From: Nitrospirota bacterium | Lineage (GTDB): Bacteria; Nitrospirota; 9FT-COMBO-42-15; HDB-SIOI813 | Assembly (NCBI GenBank): GCA_020846775.1 | Contig: JADLDG010000035.1 | Span: forward strand, 31,569-95,568 | DNA length: 64,000 bases | Direction: 5' to 3' | Shown: one piece after another, positions 41,138 through 51,353 of the stretch | Numbering within the stretch: position 1 is the first letter of the stretch | Layout of the letters: every line of letters begins with the position of its first letter | Notes under the pieces: model-generated | The model's database searches: none | The model's input: only the letters and a program-made list of their open reading frames with translations | Told to the model about the DNA's origin: nothing | Program-made: the position numbers and the translations under genes

Positions 41138-42952
41138 TCAATCCTTCTTCGCAGCAAACTGCTTACCGATCTCATTTATCAATACAAATATCTTATCCAC
41201 TCTCGAAAGTTCACCCACACCGGACGCCATATCATCAACGATATCAGAGATAGTAATAGCTCCTTTATTTCTGAACCGTTCCAGATACCTGCCAAGTTCA
41301 GTATGCCTGTCAGCCTCTGCGATAAGCCCCTCCACATCCTCTTTTCTTGAATCCCATGAAGGACGCTCATATCCCCTTTCAAGGATAAACTCAAACATCT
41401 TTTCCATCCTGTGCTCATAAGTATGTTCTTTTATCACCCTTTCCATTCCTCTTTGCGCTATCGCAGCCATTTCTTCATGATTTTCCAGATAATAGTTGAT
41501 CTTTCTCCTCGCATCAGTGAGATCTTTAAAGCATATAATCTCTTCATCCATATTGAACAGTTCTAACAAATTAGACCGGCAATCAACCAATTGAAAAGAC
41601 CCGCATGCTGCTATTTCAAATGTCCTTGGATTGACAAAATCACCGTGAGGGTTAACCCCTTCGTGATATGTGGAAGAATGGATGTTAATATTTATCTTCG
41701 AAGCATTAAATATCTTTACTGTCTCTTCTGTATCTATCCATTCACCGCCTCTTTGAATATGCCTCAGCAATGGCAGGCCGACATCCCACTCGCTCCCCCA
41801 TATCTTAAGATCAAAATCAAGCAATCCGCTGAAGAAAAACCTCCTGTTATGGTATCCGGCCCCAACAAACGATATATCACTTCCGTAAGTGTCTATTTCT
41901 TCTTTTGTCAGGTAAAGCCTCCGGTGAACTTCCTGAGATGCAGCCATAGGAAGATATGAGTAGTTTCTAACGCCACTCGCATCTAATTTGTCAAAAAACT
42001 GGTCCCTCTGGATGGTGAAGAAATAATCATAAAGGGGCGCTATCCTCTCCCAGTAGTTCATAAACCTGAAGTCCTCAACAAACCAGAAGGCGGTGGGTAT
42101 CCTGTTCTCTTTAAGCTTCTGCAGACTTCCTTCGGTTAAAGGGGCCTGTGCAAGGGCAAAAACGAGGTCTGGCTTAAACTCTGCGCACCGTGCTATGGCT
42201 GCCTCTGACAGAAAGGAGATAAACATGGAGCGCAGTTGATTCTGATGGGCCTTTTCACCTGTTATCCCGGGGATTGACTGAAAGACTTCGTTATACTTAC
42301 TGTTGTCTACATAATCAACCTGATGACCCAGTTTTTTCAAGGCAGAGACGCAGTATCCTGCAACAGGGAGAGAGCCGCCGTAGATCGGCCCTACGACCAT
42401 GATCTTCAAACCACTCTTCACAGTCTGACGTAATCTTAGTTTCTTATGGAGGTTCTTTAAACATGATTCACTTACCATGACAGATGGACTATGCTCTACT
42501 ATTGTAAAGCATTTTGGCAACAACGGTATTTTATCCCCTGTTAACAGTTTCACCCTTGTGAGGACATGAGTTAAATCAAAATGTTCCAGAGCTGTTTTCA
42601 GGATATCGAGCCTTGGCTCATAGACAATTATCTCCATACCTGAAATATTGCAAATATCGAGCTCGCAAAGCCCGGCAACATGGTACCCAAGTCCAAAACC
42701 GAGGACGACAACAGCAGATCCCATTTCAACCTTTTCCCGCTGATATTCAACCCACTTGCCAGCCTCCTTCTCAGGATCATACAGGCTATGCAGGGTGATA
42801 TCCCCTACCTTCAAAGAAAGTTTCCCTGACTTAGATGTATGCAGCTTCAAATCATCACTGACACATGCCTCAATAACTGAAGTTGCAAGTGCAGGGTCAT
42901 ATTTCTTCATGACCTCTAAATTTCTATCGAATATGAGGTTATTGGCAGACAT
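41138..42952 (-). CDS. Maf-like (DUF115/MptE-like N-terminal) - CgeB-like (DUF3880 + GT1) putative flagellin glycosyltransferase
   Basis: N-terminal HSLYDPEKEA and VVLGFGLGYH motifs recur in the paralog at 46778..48460. The C-terminal half resembles the CgeB/YkvP glycosyltransferase-like domain. Confidence 0.5.
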   Translation of the reverse strand: MSANNLIFDRNLEVMKKYDPALATSVIEACVSDDLKLHTSKSGKLSLKVGDITLHSLYDPEKEAGKWVEYQREKVEMGSAVVVLGFGLGYHVAGLCELDICNISGMEIIVYEPRLDILKTALEHFDLTHVLTRVKLLTGDKIPLLPKCFTIVEHSPSVMVSESCLKNLHKKLRLRQTVKSGLKIMVVGPIYGGSLPVAGYCVSALKKLGHQVDYVDNSKYNEVFQSIPGITGEKAHQNQLRSMFISFLSEAAIARCAEFKPDLVFALAQAPLTEGSLQKLKENRIPTAFWFVEDFRFMNYWERIAPLYDYFFTIQRDQFFDKLDASGVRNYSYLPMAASQEVHRRLYLTKEEIDTYGSDISFVGAGYHNRRFFFSGLLDFDLKIWGSEWDVGLPLLRHIQRGGEWIDTEETVKIFNASKININIHSSTYHEGVNPHGDFVNPRTFEIAACGSFQLVDCRSNLLELFNMDEEIICFKDLTDARRKINYYLENHEEMAAIAQRGMERVIKEHTYEHRMEKMFEFILERGYERPSWDSRKEDVEGLIAEADRHTELGRYLERFRNKGAITISDIVDDMASGVGELSRVDKIFVLINEIGKQFAAKKD

Positions 42953-42989
42953 AATTTCCTGAATTATCTTCTTCCTTTTCTCATTAAGT

Positions 42990-43991
42990 CTAAACTATTG
43001 CTTTTGACGAAGCCCTGTTTATTATGCCTTTAAGCCCAATGGCATCACTTCTTTCGGGCTCAAACAGGAGAAGTTTATCTATGCTATCAAGTGCCTTATC
43101 AAGTTGCCCGAGCTTGAAGCTCACATCTGCATGCCGATAAAGAAAATCAGTATCAGCCGGATGATGTACCAAATACTCCTCCAGGATATCAATAGCCTTA
43201 TTGAAATCCTGGGAATCGATTGCTGACATCAGGGTATTACACATCTTTTTATTTCCAGACTTTTCTGCCTTTATCAGGTATTGAATTATAAAGAGATCTT
43301 TAAGTTCTTCATGTGACAGACCTTTCAGATTAACCCTGCCAAAGGATATCTCTCCTGAAAGAGGATCATGCAAGGAACTATAAGCAGGATCAATATTGGC
43401 AGTTATCCCTGTTATCTCATATCCAGCCTCTGTAAACAGGGATTCCATATCTTTCATCGTAAAGAATCTCAGATGGGTTCTATCGAGGATACCCGAGTCC
43501 TGATACTTCCAATGCCCTTCCACCAGCATGTTTAGAACCCCGTAATACCGTACATTCGGAATGCTTGCGACAATAGAACCAGAATCAGCAAGATAGTGTT
43601 TGAATCTCCTGAGTGTTGACAATGGTTCCTTCAGGTGTTCCAGTATGTCGGCAAATATAATACAGTCAAAATAACCATCTTCATATTGAAGTTCCAGACA
43701 CGTCACATCTCCCTTTATAACCCGTGACAGATTCTCATTTGCCCTCTTACTCGCAATTGGATCAACTTCAATACCAACAACTTCTTCAGCCCCTTTTTCC
43801 AGCAGCCTTTTCCCGAGTATACCCTCTCCGCAACCCACATCAAGAATCCTCATGGCTTCCTCGGGCACAAGAGTCTCGACTTCTTTTCTTCCCTGGCGAA
43901 AGTATTCCCTGTCAACAGTCTTATCTAATCCATTTTGCGTCTGACTCCTCGTATCGTTAATCACTTTATCTCCTGCGCTACATGGATACAT
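42990..43991 (-). CDS. class I SAM-dependent methyltransferase fused to TPR repeats
   Basis: SAM-binding motif I ILDVGCGEGILG. Motif post-I/II (DCIIFADILEHL). C-terminal TPR-like repeats. Confidence 0.6.
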   Translation of the reverse strand: MYPCSAGDKVINDTRSQTQNGLDKTVDREYFRQGRKEVETLVPEEAMRILDVGCGEGILGKRLLEKGAEEVVGIEVDPIASKRANENLSRVIKGDVTCLELQYEDGYFDCIIFADILEHLKEPLSTLRRFKHYLADSGSIVASIPNVRYYGVLNMLVEGHWKYQDSGILDRTHLRFFTMKDMESLFTEAGYEITGITANIDPAYSSLHDPLSGEISFGRVNLKGLSHEELKDLFIIQYLIKAEKSGNKKMCNTLMSAIDSQDFNKAIDILEEYLVHHPADTDFLYRHADVSFKLGQLDKALDSIDKLLLFEPERSDAIGLKGIINRASSKAIV

Positions 43992-46767
43992 AGCCTTCTA
44001 TCTGTCTTTTAAGTTCCACCGCCCCTGTCATTTCTTTATTGAACAATAAAACCTTTTCCAGATTGTCCAGCGCGGTGTCATAGTCATGAAGCTTAGAACA
44101 AACCTCCGAATATTTAATGATAATTGACAAATCAAGTGGATGTAACTCTAAATATGATTCTATTAGTCCCCTGGCGTCTGCATGCCTTCCTTCTGCAATG
44201 GTGGCATCAATCTCAGCTATCAGATCCGCTGGCTCTTCAAATGCCTTTCTGAAAAACCTGAGTGGCGCGCTATTCAACATTTCCAGACCCATTTCTTTTA
44301 CAATGTTATAAAACCCTTCGTTGGTATAACGTTCCACATTCAGATGCCATCCGGCCTCACCATTGTTATTATAAAATGAAGCAAACATAATTAAATAACC
44401 ATTAGGGTTTAAGTGTTCAATCAGGTATTTGACGGTTTTCTCCGGTTCTACCAAATGTTCAACCACATCCAGCATGATCACAACATCATATCTATTTGAA
44501 CCGAGGAAATCATCCTTGTATGCATCAATCATGTTCACATCAAGGCATCTCCTTCCAAACCGCCATTTTGCATAATTGAAGGTCTTGCCGGGGATATCTG
44601 CATAATTAAGTCGTATGTCACTTATCCTGGACAGATTGATGATCTGACTCCCTATCCCGCCGCCAAAATCAAGAATGTCAAGCTTTCCACGTTCAGAGGA
44701 GACTTGCCGACAAAATCTGGTTATCTCATCAATCCCCTGCATATACATGGGATTCTCATAATTGTATTGGACCAGATCATAGAGATATGAATCCGTATTG
44801 ATGTAAAACTCGTTGACCTTTTCCTGGGTCAGAATGCATTTAGAGATGTCACCCCAATCTTTAATCTGTTGGTCATAAACACACCTTATACGACTTATAA
44901 CCTCATCAACATCTACGCCGGTATAACGTGCCAATTCCTGGACCGCTCCTCTAAAAGAGGACTGTACCAGTTCTTCAAAAAGAAGACTGAACTTCTGGGC
45001 TATCTTTTGTGAGTCAAATTCATTAATAGCCCGCTCCCTTCCTTTTATACACAACTCTTTTTTTAATGTGTCATCTTTCAGAAGATTTATAATCGCAGAA
45101 GAAAGTCCTCTCGGATCATTGGATTGAACAAGTATTCCTGCATCACCCACCACCTCCGGAATAGAGCCGGAATAAGTTGAGATAACTGGAAGACCGCAGG
45201 CCATAGCCTCTGTCAAAACCATTCCGAACTGTTCCTTCCATGTTCTTGTAGAAATACTTGGAAGAACAAATATATCGGCCATGTTAAACATTTCATGCAT
45301 TCTGTGGTAAGGGTAGCCCTCTATAAATGTAAACATTGAGCCGACTCCAAGCTCCTCAACCCTGCTTTTAATCCCAGCTGATTCAGATCCTTTTCCAATG
45401 ACTACAAACCTGAAGTGAACATCCTTAACACTATCCTCCTGGGTAACCAATTTTGCAGCGTATAGCAGGTCATAGATACCCTTTTCCCAGACTATTCTTC
45501 CTGTAAACAACACAACTCGCTCCTCTTTGCCGATACCAAATTCTTTTCTTAACCTCCATCTTGCCTCGTTATCCGGCCTGAACCTGTTTACATCAATTCC
45601 CATTGGAATGACAGTTATCTTGTCTTCCGGTACCCCTTCTATGATCAGGGCATCTTTTGCTCTTTCGGTCACGGCAACAAAGTGATCCACCATCTGCCGG
45701 TTAAACCGCTTCATCTCTCTCATCTGCTCATCTTCCTCGTAGGCGAAGGGGATATTTTCCCATTCGAGAGCAATGATCCTCTTTCCAAATTTTTGTTTCA
45801 TAACTGCTGCCTGATATGTAAATATCCAGGTAATATCAGCTGTATAAATAATATCCTTATCGAGGAGTTCTGCCTCAAGGCCTATCATATAGGCAGGGTT
45901 TTGAGGATGGGGAGGAAGTTTAACAACAGGAAGAGTAATATGGGATAGATCAAAACTTGATTGAGTTGTCGTATAAGAAGTTATGTCAAATGTTTTGTAC
46001 AGAGGTTCATAATTCTGCATCTCCCAGTGATTAAGATTAGGCCCCCTTAATATCGCAACCCTGGGACGTTCAGACATCTTTTCAGAAGTATATGGTGGAA
46101 CCCAACGGCTAACCATAGTCCTAAGCGGCCTGACCTGGACATCATATTCCCTGTAAAAAAGTTCTTCCGGATTATTGAAACCACTTTCTTCCATTTGTGA
46201 ATATTGCTCACTTTTTTTCCAATACTTTTCCTTATCCAGGAAACCATAATGTACAACGTATGCATCCCAGTGTTTGTCTAATCCATCGTAAGGTTTCGTC
46301 AATAGTTCATGTAACTGCCCCTCCCATTTGACCTCCTTGCGGTTACGCCAAATCCTCGGAATATTTTCATAATCATCAGCTCCCCTGGAATAATACTTTT
46401 CATTTCCAATGAGATTACACTGACGGATGAAATAACCGGTAGTGTCTCCCGGAGTTGATTCAAGCAGGGTTCTTATATTTTCTTCGAAGTACTGCGAAAA
46501 TGCCTCATCTGCATCAAGGCGCACCACCCAGTCACCTGTGCAATTGTCAAGAGAGATCTGCCGCTGCTTCCCAAAATGGCCTTCCCATATATGTTGAATC
46601 AACGTAACATTCCGGTAAGACCTGAGTATTTCCAGCGTGCCATCAGTACTGCCACCATCAACAACTACGATCTCGTCGGCAAATGTACATGAGCTCAACG
46701 CCCTTGCAATATTCTTTTCCTCATTCATTGTAATCATCGAAACGGAAATCTTCATAACTTCCTCCAA
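43978..46767 (-). CDS. multidomain glycosyltransferase: GT2 - GT4(GT1-fold) - SAM methyltransferase - TPR (929 aa)
   Basis: N-terminal GT-A (ISVSMITMNEEKNI ... VVDGGSTDGT ... DADE). Central GT-B/GT4 segment (VLFTGRIVWEKGI ... EQFGMVLTEAMACGLPVI). C-terminal SAM MTase motif I (ILDFGGGIGSQ ... MLDVVEHL). TPR tail. Confidence 0.6.
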   Translation of the reverse strand: MEEVMKISVSMITMNEEKNIARALSSCTFADEIVVVDGGSTDGTLEILRSYRNVTLIQHIWEGHFGKQRQISLDNCTGDWVVRLDADEAFSQYFEENIRTLLESTPGDTTGYFIRQCNLIGNEKYYSRGADDYENIPRIWRNRKEVKWEGQLHELLTKPYDGLDKHWDAYVVHYGFLDKEKYWKKSEQYSQMEESGFNNPEELFYREYDVQVRPLRTMVSRWVPPYTSEKMSERPRVAILRGPNLNHWEMQNYEPLYKTFDITSYTTTQSSFDLSHITLPVVKLPPHPQNPAYMIGLEAELLDKDIIYTADITWIFTYQAAVMKQKFGKRIIALEWENIPFAYEEDEQMREMKRFNRQMVDHFVAVTERAKDALIIEGVPEDKITVIPMGIDVNRFRPDNEARWRLRKEFGIGKEERVVLFTGRIVWEKGIYDLLYAAKLVTQEDSVKDVHFRFVVIGKGSESAGIKSRVEELGVGSMFTFIEGYPYHRMHEMFNMADIFVLPSISTRTWKEQFGMVLTEAMACGLPVISTYSGSIPEVVGDAGILVQSNDPRGLSSAIINLLKDDTLKKELCIKGRERAINEFDSQKIAQKFSLLFEELVQSSFRGAVQELARYTGVDVDEVISRIRCVYDQQIKDWGDISKCILTQEKVNEFYINTDSYLYDLVQYNYENPMYMQGIDEITRFCRQVSSERGKLDILDFGGGIGSQIINLSRISDIRLNYADIPGKTFNYAKWRFGRRCLDVNMIDAYKDDFLGSNRYDVVIMLDVVEHLVEPEKTVKYLIEHLNPNGYLIMFASFYNNNGEAGWHLNVERYTNEGFYNIVKEMGLEMLNSAPLRFFRKAFEEPADLIAEIDATIAEGRHADARGLIESYLELHPLDLSIIIKYSEVCSKLHDYDTALDNLEKVLLFNKEMTGAVELKRQIEGYVSM

Positions 46768-46777
46768 AACCAGCTGT

Positions 46778-48460
46778 TCAGGAATAGCGCTTCTTCATGC
46801 TGTCAATCAGCATCTTTATCCGGTGGACATACGTATGTTCCCTCGAGATCCTTTCTCTTCCACATTCCGATATTCGCTTTCTTTCCTGAGAATTGTTCAG
46901 ATAAAACTTTAAAAGTCCCGGTATCTCCTCCCTGTTTTTATAGGTTATAACCTCTTTCCCTATATCAAAGAGATCACCTAACGCATCCTGATCATCAGTC
47001 AATAGAAATGCACCACATGCCGGGACATCAAAGACCCGCTGATTAACGGCGCTACCCATCTGCAGATTAGTAGCGTTGAAATTTATCTTGCAGGCATTGT
47101 AAAAGCGGGGAAGTTCACTGTAATAGTTTAACGGAGGCCTGATATTGAAATCTCTGCTTAAGAGTTCATGCCAGCCTTTATCCCCGTAAACCCTCGGACT
47201 GTATTCTTTAAGTCTTTCTATGCAAGAGAGTCTGTATATAAGTGTTGATCTCCAGAGAACAGCGGCCTCAAGATCAAGCCTCTCCTGAACAGGAAGGGCT
47301 CTTACTTTTTCTTGCTCATCATTATTCAACATTCTCAATAATTCATCGAAAGACAGATGAGAGGAACCAAGGCGCTGCGATAACCTTTCAGTAATAGAGC
47401 GCAATTTCACTGGTACCTTTTTCAGCTTTTCTGCTGCCGGTTCGACCATAGAGTTGCCTACAAAACCTATGACTGTATTGAATCTGTTTTTATCCTTCTG
47501 ACTTAAATTTAAAGGTTTAAAGACATCAGTGTCCGCTGCAAGTGGCAGGTATTCAACTAACTCAAAACCCATAGCCTTCATATCGTTTATATATCCCTTA
47601 TCCCATAAATAAAGTGAGACATATGGAGATACATTTTTTTCAAAGGCCTTGACTATAAGATTCGGGCTGTCAACATACCACGATGCCACAGGCATCTCAA
47701 TTGATTTTAAAAAAGATGTCAAGACCCCGTCTTCATCAAAGCCAAGATGGTTAATGGTGAGGAGGAAATCCGGTTTGAATTCAAGGATGGTACTCAACAT
47801 GCGCGATACAATGGCCTCCCCATCTTCTCCCTTCTTTAAAGGAACTTTTACGACCTCTTGACCAAGGCGTTTAATAGCGTCTGCCACCTCGGAGGTCAGG
47901 AAATAGCCATAATCTATAAAGGCGATCTTAGTCTTTTCCTCCTTAAACCTTGGGTATCTGAGCCTTTCCCAGAGCCTGACTGATGTTGTGTTTTTTAAGG
48001 AGATAAGGATAGGATTATAGTAGTCTGGCATGGCTGAAACGACCGGAGCCAGGGGAAAGGAGGCAACAGAAGGCATTCCAGACGTTAACTGATACCTGGT
48101 AATCTCTCTTATAGCCGCATCAGAAGTGACTCCGATTATGAATCTAACCCTATCTTCGATCTCTCCCATCCTACCATATTCCTTTGCCAGTCCATACATC
48201 TCATGACTTGATTCAACCACAATAATCCTGGCCTCCGGAAACCTGCGGACAAGCTCCATCAGATGATAACCAAGCCCCAATCCTAATACCACTAATAGCC
48301 CTTTCCCATCAAAATAAAAGGCATCTGCAATTGCCCTGGCTTCTGCCTCGGGGTCATAGAGGCTGTGAAGTGTTTTTAAAGAGCCGTCTTCATACGTAAC
48401 CCTTATTGAATAACTGCCATTTTTCGTTTCTACTAAGGAATGATTATTGATAACAGACAC
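46778..48460 (-). CDS. Maf-like (DUF115) - CgeB-like putative glycosyltransferase, paralog of 41138..42952
   Basis: HSLYDPEAEA and VVLGLGLGYH N-terminal motifs. C-terminal CgeB-like region. Same architecture as the first paralog. Confidence 0.5.
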   Translation of the reverse strand: MSVINNHSLVETKNGSYSIRVTYEDGSLKTLHSLYDPEAEARAIADAFYFDGKGLLVVLGLGLGYHLMELVRRFPEARIIVVESSHEMYGLAKEYGRMGEIEDRVRFIIGVTSDAAIREITRYQLTSGMPSVASFPLAPVVSAMPDYYNPILISLKNTTSVRLWERLRYPRFKEEKTKIAFIDYGYFLTSEVADAIKRLGQEVVKVPLKKGEDGEAIVSRMLSTILEFKPDFLLTINHLGFDEDGVLTSFLKSIEMPVASWYVDSPNLIVKAFEKNVSPYVSLYLWDKGYINDMKAMGFELVEYLPLAADTDVFKPLNLSQKDKNRFNTVIGFVGNSMVEPAAEKLKKVPVKLRSITERLSQRLGSSHLSFDELLRMLNNDEQEKVRALPVQERLDLEAAVLWRSTLIYRLSCIERLKEYSPRVYGDKGWHELLSRDFNIRPPLNYYSELPRFYNACKINFNATNLQMGSAVNQRVFDVPACGAFLLTDDQDALGDLFDIGKEVITYKNREEIPGLLKFYLNNSQERKRISECGRERISREHTYVHRIKMLIDSMKKRYS

Positions 48461-49973
48461 CCTTTGCTAAAATCTCATCTATTTTATTTAATTCCGAAGT
48501 AACTCTGTTGAGGGATTCCGCCTCCAGGTAATACGCTCCTATAGCATCACCCACAGTCATAGCATATATTTTATAAATACATGCTACAAAGTCTTCCTCC
48601 CGGCCGGATAACGTATTATGTCTGGCCAAAAGATATTCGGAAAACTGATTAAGGTAGTTCATGATATTCGGGATCAATATATTCTGTTTAAAATTATACA
48701 TATTTTGGGGGGAGCGAACGGCATTTTCAAACAACATAGAATACAAAATATTCAGGCCCTCGTCTCCCTGTATTCTCATTCTTTTCAAACCTTTTTCTAT
48801 CCCGTCAGGATGCTTATTTATATTCTTCTGAATAGCACTTAGTAGTGATTTTAATGCTGTCATGGGATTGCTGTTCACGGGGTTAGACTCAGAAATTGAG
48901 AGGTTAATAAGGTTATAGGTACCAATAATCACAGCTACTAACTGGTCCCAGGTAATGTTATATCTTGAAAATAAATAGGGCAGTTCGTTTTGCAAAGTAT
49001 GAACATTGGCCTTTGAACCTATACTATGCCGTTTTAATACGTCAACCGCACCCCTTTCATGCCAATGATAAACGCCCGTTGAATTTAAGTAGCCGATAAC
49101 CTTACGTTTGTGCAGGAGTTTTACACCAAAGTCAATATCCTCTGCATTCATCATGGGGGTGAATTTGACCTCTCCAAATATATCCCTTCTCACACATGAT
49201 GAAACGTTGTCAAAGAATGTCAGCCTCCTTTTCGTAGCCCCATCAAATGCCCTCAGGCCTATTCCCCCAATGTCCATCAAGAGGGTGTACATGGAGTCCT
49301 GCTCAAACCCCAGTATTGTACCCAGCAATTCATTCTTCCATAAACTGAAGAGGTCAGCTTCAGGTTTAACAAACTGCTTTGACGAAAGGGCAGCTAATCG
49401 CGGGTATTCGATTAATGGGCATACCATGTTGTAAAGCCAATAATTATTGATAGGAAGAGCGTCTTGCACTGTAAAGACGAGGTAATCACCTGTCGCTTTT
49501 GCAGCCCCTGTATTTCGGGTCATACCATGATTGAATTCCTTCTGAGGGATATCTATAATTACCGCTCCGAACCCGGCAGCTATCTCTTTTGAATTGTCTG
49601 AAGATCCAGAATCGATCACAATAATTTCTATATCATTTACCTTTCTCTGAGACCTTATCATACCGAGTAAACCCTTTAATTTCTCTCCGCCATTATTGAC
49701 CGGTATAATAACTGAGACTTTATCCGCTATGGCAGACGGCCTTGTTCTTACATCAATTGGCGTTATCTCAAAGAGCAGACTCAATGCATTCCGCAGGGAA
49801 TCATCTTTTTCGACCAGTTTATTGCTCAAATCGGATATCGTACGTTCTGCAGCCATTACTTTCTTTAGATATCTTGTGGCTGCTTCATGTTTTTCCTTGA
49901 ATATGCGACTGGCACATTCCAGGGCCCATTCCATCTCCCGCACTTTGTCTTTTATCACCATATCATTTTGCAT
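48444..49973 (-). CDS. family 2 glycosyltransferase with N-terminal coiled coil and C-terminal unknown domain
   Basis: GT-A motifs VSVIIPVNNGGEKL ... IIVIDSGSSDNS ... DxD-like VQD. Confidence 0.55.
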   Translation of the reverse strand: MQNDMVIKDKVREMEWALECASRIFKEKHEAATRYLKKVMAAERTISDLSNKLVEKDDSLRNALSLLFEITPIDVRTRPSAIADKVSVIIPVNNGGEKLKGLLGMIRSQRKVNDIEIIVIDSGSSDNSKEIAAGFGAVIIDIPQKEFNHGMTRNTGAAKATGDYLVFTVQDALPINNYWLYNMVCPLIEYPRLAALSSKQFVKPEADLFSLWKNELLGTILGFEQDSMYTLLMDIGGIGLRAFDGATKRRLTFFDNVSSCVRRDIFGEVKFTPMMNAEDIDFGVKLLHKRKVIGYLNSTGVYHWHERGAVDVLKRHSIGSKANVHTLQNELPYLFSRYNITWDQLVAVIIGTYNLINLSISESNPVNSNPMTALKSLLSAIQKNINKHPDGIEKGLKRMRIQGDEGLNILYSMLFENAVRSPQNMYNFKQNILIPNIMNYLNQFSEYLLARHNTLSGREEDFVACIYKIYAMTVGDAIGAYYLEAESLNRVTSELNKIDEILAKGVCYQ

Positions 49974-49984
49974 TATTTCTCCCC

Positions 49985-51319
49985 TTACGCCAGAAAGGTA
50001 TCATTGATCATTATGGATTCTAAAAAGTCATAATCCACATTTCTAACCTTTGGAGCCATCGCACCTCTATCACTCAAAGACTCTGTATTGTCATCTCCAA
50101 CAATGAGGTTATTGGTTTTATAAAAGTCATATAATGCGCTTCCAGGGACCGGGGTATAAAAGGCAGGGGAAAAATGGACAGGTTTGACCCGTAAAACACC
50201 TTCAACAGTCATCAGATCATCTTCTTTGTGCCATCCGGTATCTGTTGGTATACCAAGGATATAGTTTGCCCAGACCTTTACACCATGTTTATGACAAATC
50301 TCCGCTGCCTTGAAGTTTTGATCTACCGTAACCCCTTTATTGAACCACTTCAATACCCTCGGGCTGAATGACTCAAATCCTACTATCAATAAGAGAAGAC
50401 CTGCAGCTGCCATATCCCCTATGAGTTTATCATTTTTACATATGTTATCAGCCCTGCTTGATGTGACCCATTTAAGACCATATTTCACGATTCCGCTGGA
50501 ATGAAGGGCAGTTATGAACTCTTCAACCCATTTTGGAGATACTATGAACTGATCATCATGGAACATAACGGATTTAATGCCATACCTGTCTATCAGCATC
50601 TTCAGTTCAGCTATGACATTTGACACGCTTCTCCCCCGAATATAAGTTTTTCGAGTCCCGTTTTCTCTTAATTTCGTATAGAGCTGATGCTCTCCAGGCC
50701 CACAACAGAACTTGCATGTATAAGGACATCCCCTTACGTTGATCATCTCAGCCATAGGTAAGGGAAACCTGAAACCAGTTAATCCAAATGGTTCGGAAAA
50801 CATTCTCCTTTTAAAGTCCGGCCAAATTTCCCTTTCCGGGAATGGGATCGTATCAAGATCCGGAGTTTCACCCCAAAAGCATTTAGGGAACATAGACGGA
50901 TCTTCTACCAATTCCACGAAGCTGATTTCTCCTTCACCCTGGATAACATAATCGAAATTGCCGCTATCAATGCACTCCTGCGGGAACATGGTTGGGTGAA
51001 CTCCGCCAGCGACCACAATTACCCCTGGTAAGACCTCTTTGGCTCTTTTGGCAGCTTCCAGAGCTATAGAATATTCTACAGAATGTATGGATATTCCTAT
51101 GAACTCCGGAGAGATAGCCTTTACAACCTGTTCATATTCACTCCAACCTGACAATGTCCTTAAGTCAGCAAGATGAACATCGTGCCCCCTTGCCTTTAAC
51201 GACCCTGCCAGATATGCAAGACCAAGGCGAATGAATGTTGTATCTGGTGATGGTTTGCTTATGTCCGCATTCCATGTGCTATATGCTATTGATGGATTAA
51301 CCAGTAAGACCTTTGCCAT
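49985..51319 (-). CDS. B12-binding domain radical SAM protein (class B rSAM)
   Basis: N-terminal cobalamin-binding-like Rossmann segment. CxxxCxxC cluster motif (CPYTCKFC). Confidence 0.65.
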   Translation of the reverse strand: MAKVLLVNPSIAYSTWNADISKPSPDTTFIRLGLAYLAGSLKARGHDVHLADLRTLSGWSEYEQVVKAISPEFIGISIHSVEYSIALEAAKRAKEVLPGVIVVAGGVHPTMFPQECIDSGNFDYVIQGEGEISFVELVEDPSMFPKCFWGETPDLDTIPFPEREIWPDFKRRMFSEPFGLTGFRFPLPMAEMINVRGCPYTCKFCCGPGEHQLYTKLRENGTRKTYIRGRSVSNVIAELKMLIDRYGIKSVMFHDDQFIVSPKWVEEFITALHSSGIVKYGLKWVTSSRADNICKNDKLIGDMAAAGLLLLIVGFESFSPRVLKWFNKGVTVDQNFKAAEICHKHGVKVWANYILGIPTDTGWHKEDDLMTVEGVLRVKPVHFSPAFYTPVPGSALYDFYKTNNLIVGDDNTESLSDRGAMAPKVRNVDYDFLESIMINDTFLA

Positions 51320-51353
51320 TTGAAGCCTCCATTAAAGAAGTAATTGAATATTT

